The notes below the pieces were generated by a model, which worked only from the letters and a program-made list of their open reading frames with translations, was not told the origin of the DNA and did not search any database. The position numbers and the translations under genes were made by a program. DNA of 62,889 nucleotides, the filler included, from Globobulimina sp. (taxonomy: Eukaryota): assembly GCA_003354225.1 (NCBI GenBank). It is 26 parts of 26 records of this genome, joined end to end, with 100 filler letters (N's around TTAATTAATTAA, not from the genome) between each part and the next. Parts side by side here need not be neighbours in the genome. Positions count along the whole stretch, not along the records: positions 60,569 to 62,889 come from PIVH01007407.1; 25 more parts are not named here. The stretch is one strand, 5' to 3'. Shown here in pieces: positions 62,486-62,889 of this stretch (positions are counted from its first letter, which is position 1; the number at the start of each line of letters is the position of its first letter).

Positions 62486-62889
62486 TCAGGCAAACCGATC
62501 AGATTTGGTCCATTTAATTAAGCAATTATAAGATGACAGATCAGGTTATTTCACTGACCAGTCAGCTATCACAGTGACCGCACGTATCTGCAGAAAACAG
62601 TCAGAAAACGTTTTTCTAAGTCAGACTTTGAAAATGCTGCAGCTTTGGATACAAGTATTGATATAAACAGTATATAGAATATGGCATCAACTAAAATGAG
62701 ATACAACTAGGCAACTAGCCCCTGGTCCATTTTTTGTATATGATTTATGCAAAGTGTATCACTGTATATCTGCATTTGACTTTTTAGGTTCACACTTCTA
62801 CACACTTCTTTTGTGTTTTTTAAAGCTTTAAGCACCTACATTAGGCTACATTTAGGTGCAGCGGTCCGATCGCGCCCCTGCAAAAAAGT

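Noticed and set aside
1-62889. Stop-codon reassignment or Euplotes-type frameshifting at stops
   Set aside because: TAA, TAG and TGA all end conserved genes at expected positions; internal stops are mostly in introns, and the frameshifts occur upstream of the stops.

Overview
This window is not one locus. It is 26 unrelated contigs of 2,321-2,324 bp, sorted by decreasing length and joined by identical 100-bp linkers (44 N + TTAATTAATTAA + 44 N, stops in all six frames), so adjacency across linkers means nothing. The DNA is AT-rich, gene-dense and eukaryotic, with many short GT-AG introns (mostly 50-83 nt) and very short intergenic gaps. Gene families and style suggest a rhizarian protist, probably a foraminiferan (inference). 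Recognisable genes include sterol C24-methyltransferase, CPSF1, RPF1, ECHDC3, an SLC12 transporter, an XK-family protein, FkbM, a TTL-like ligase, GH38, GH135, an alpha-kinase, a pentameric ligand-gated channel, a USP protease and a 2OG oxygenase. Main observations: (1) the three long introns with convincing exon phase are filled with inverted repeats whose folding would restore an effective length near the modal size; (2) two members of an expanded ADP-ribosyltransferase-fold family carry His in place of the canonical Arg; (3) a 200-bp MITE with 8-bp TSD has relatives on two other contigs and sits beside a Penelope-like GIY-YIG relic; (4) a GH38 mannosidase has H-type-lectin-like domains inserted; (5) a bacterial PD40 fragment abuts a eukaryotic gene. 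All family calls are by eye, without database searches.
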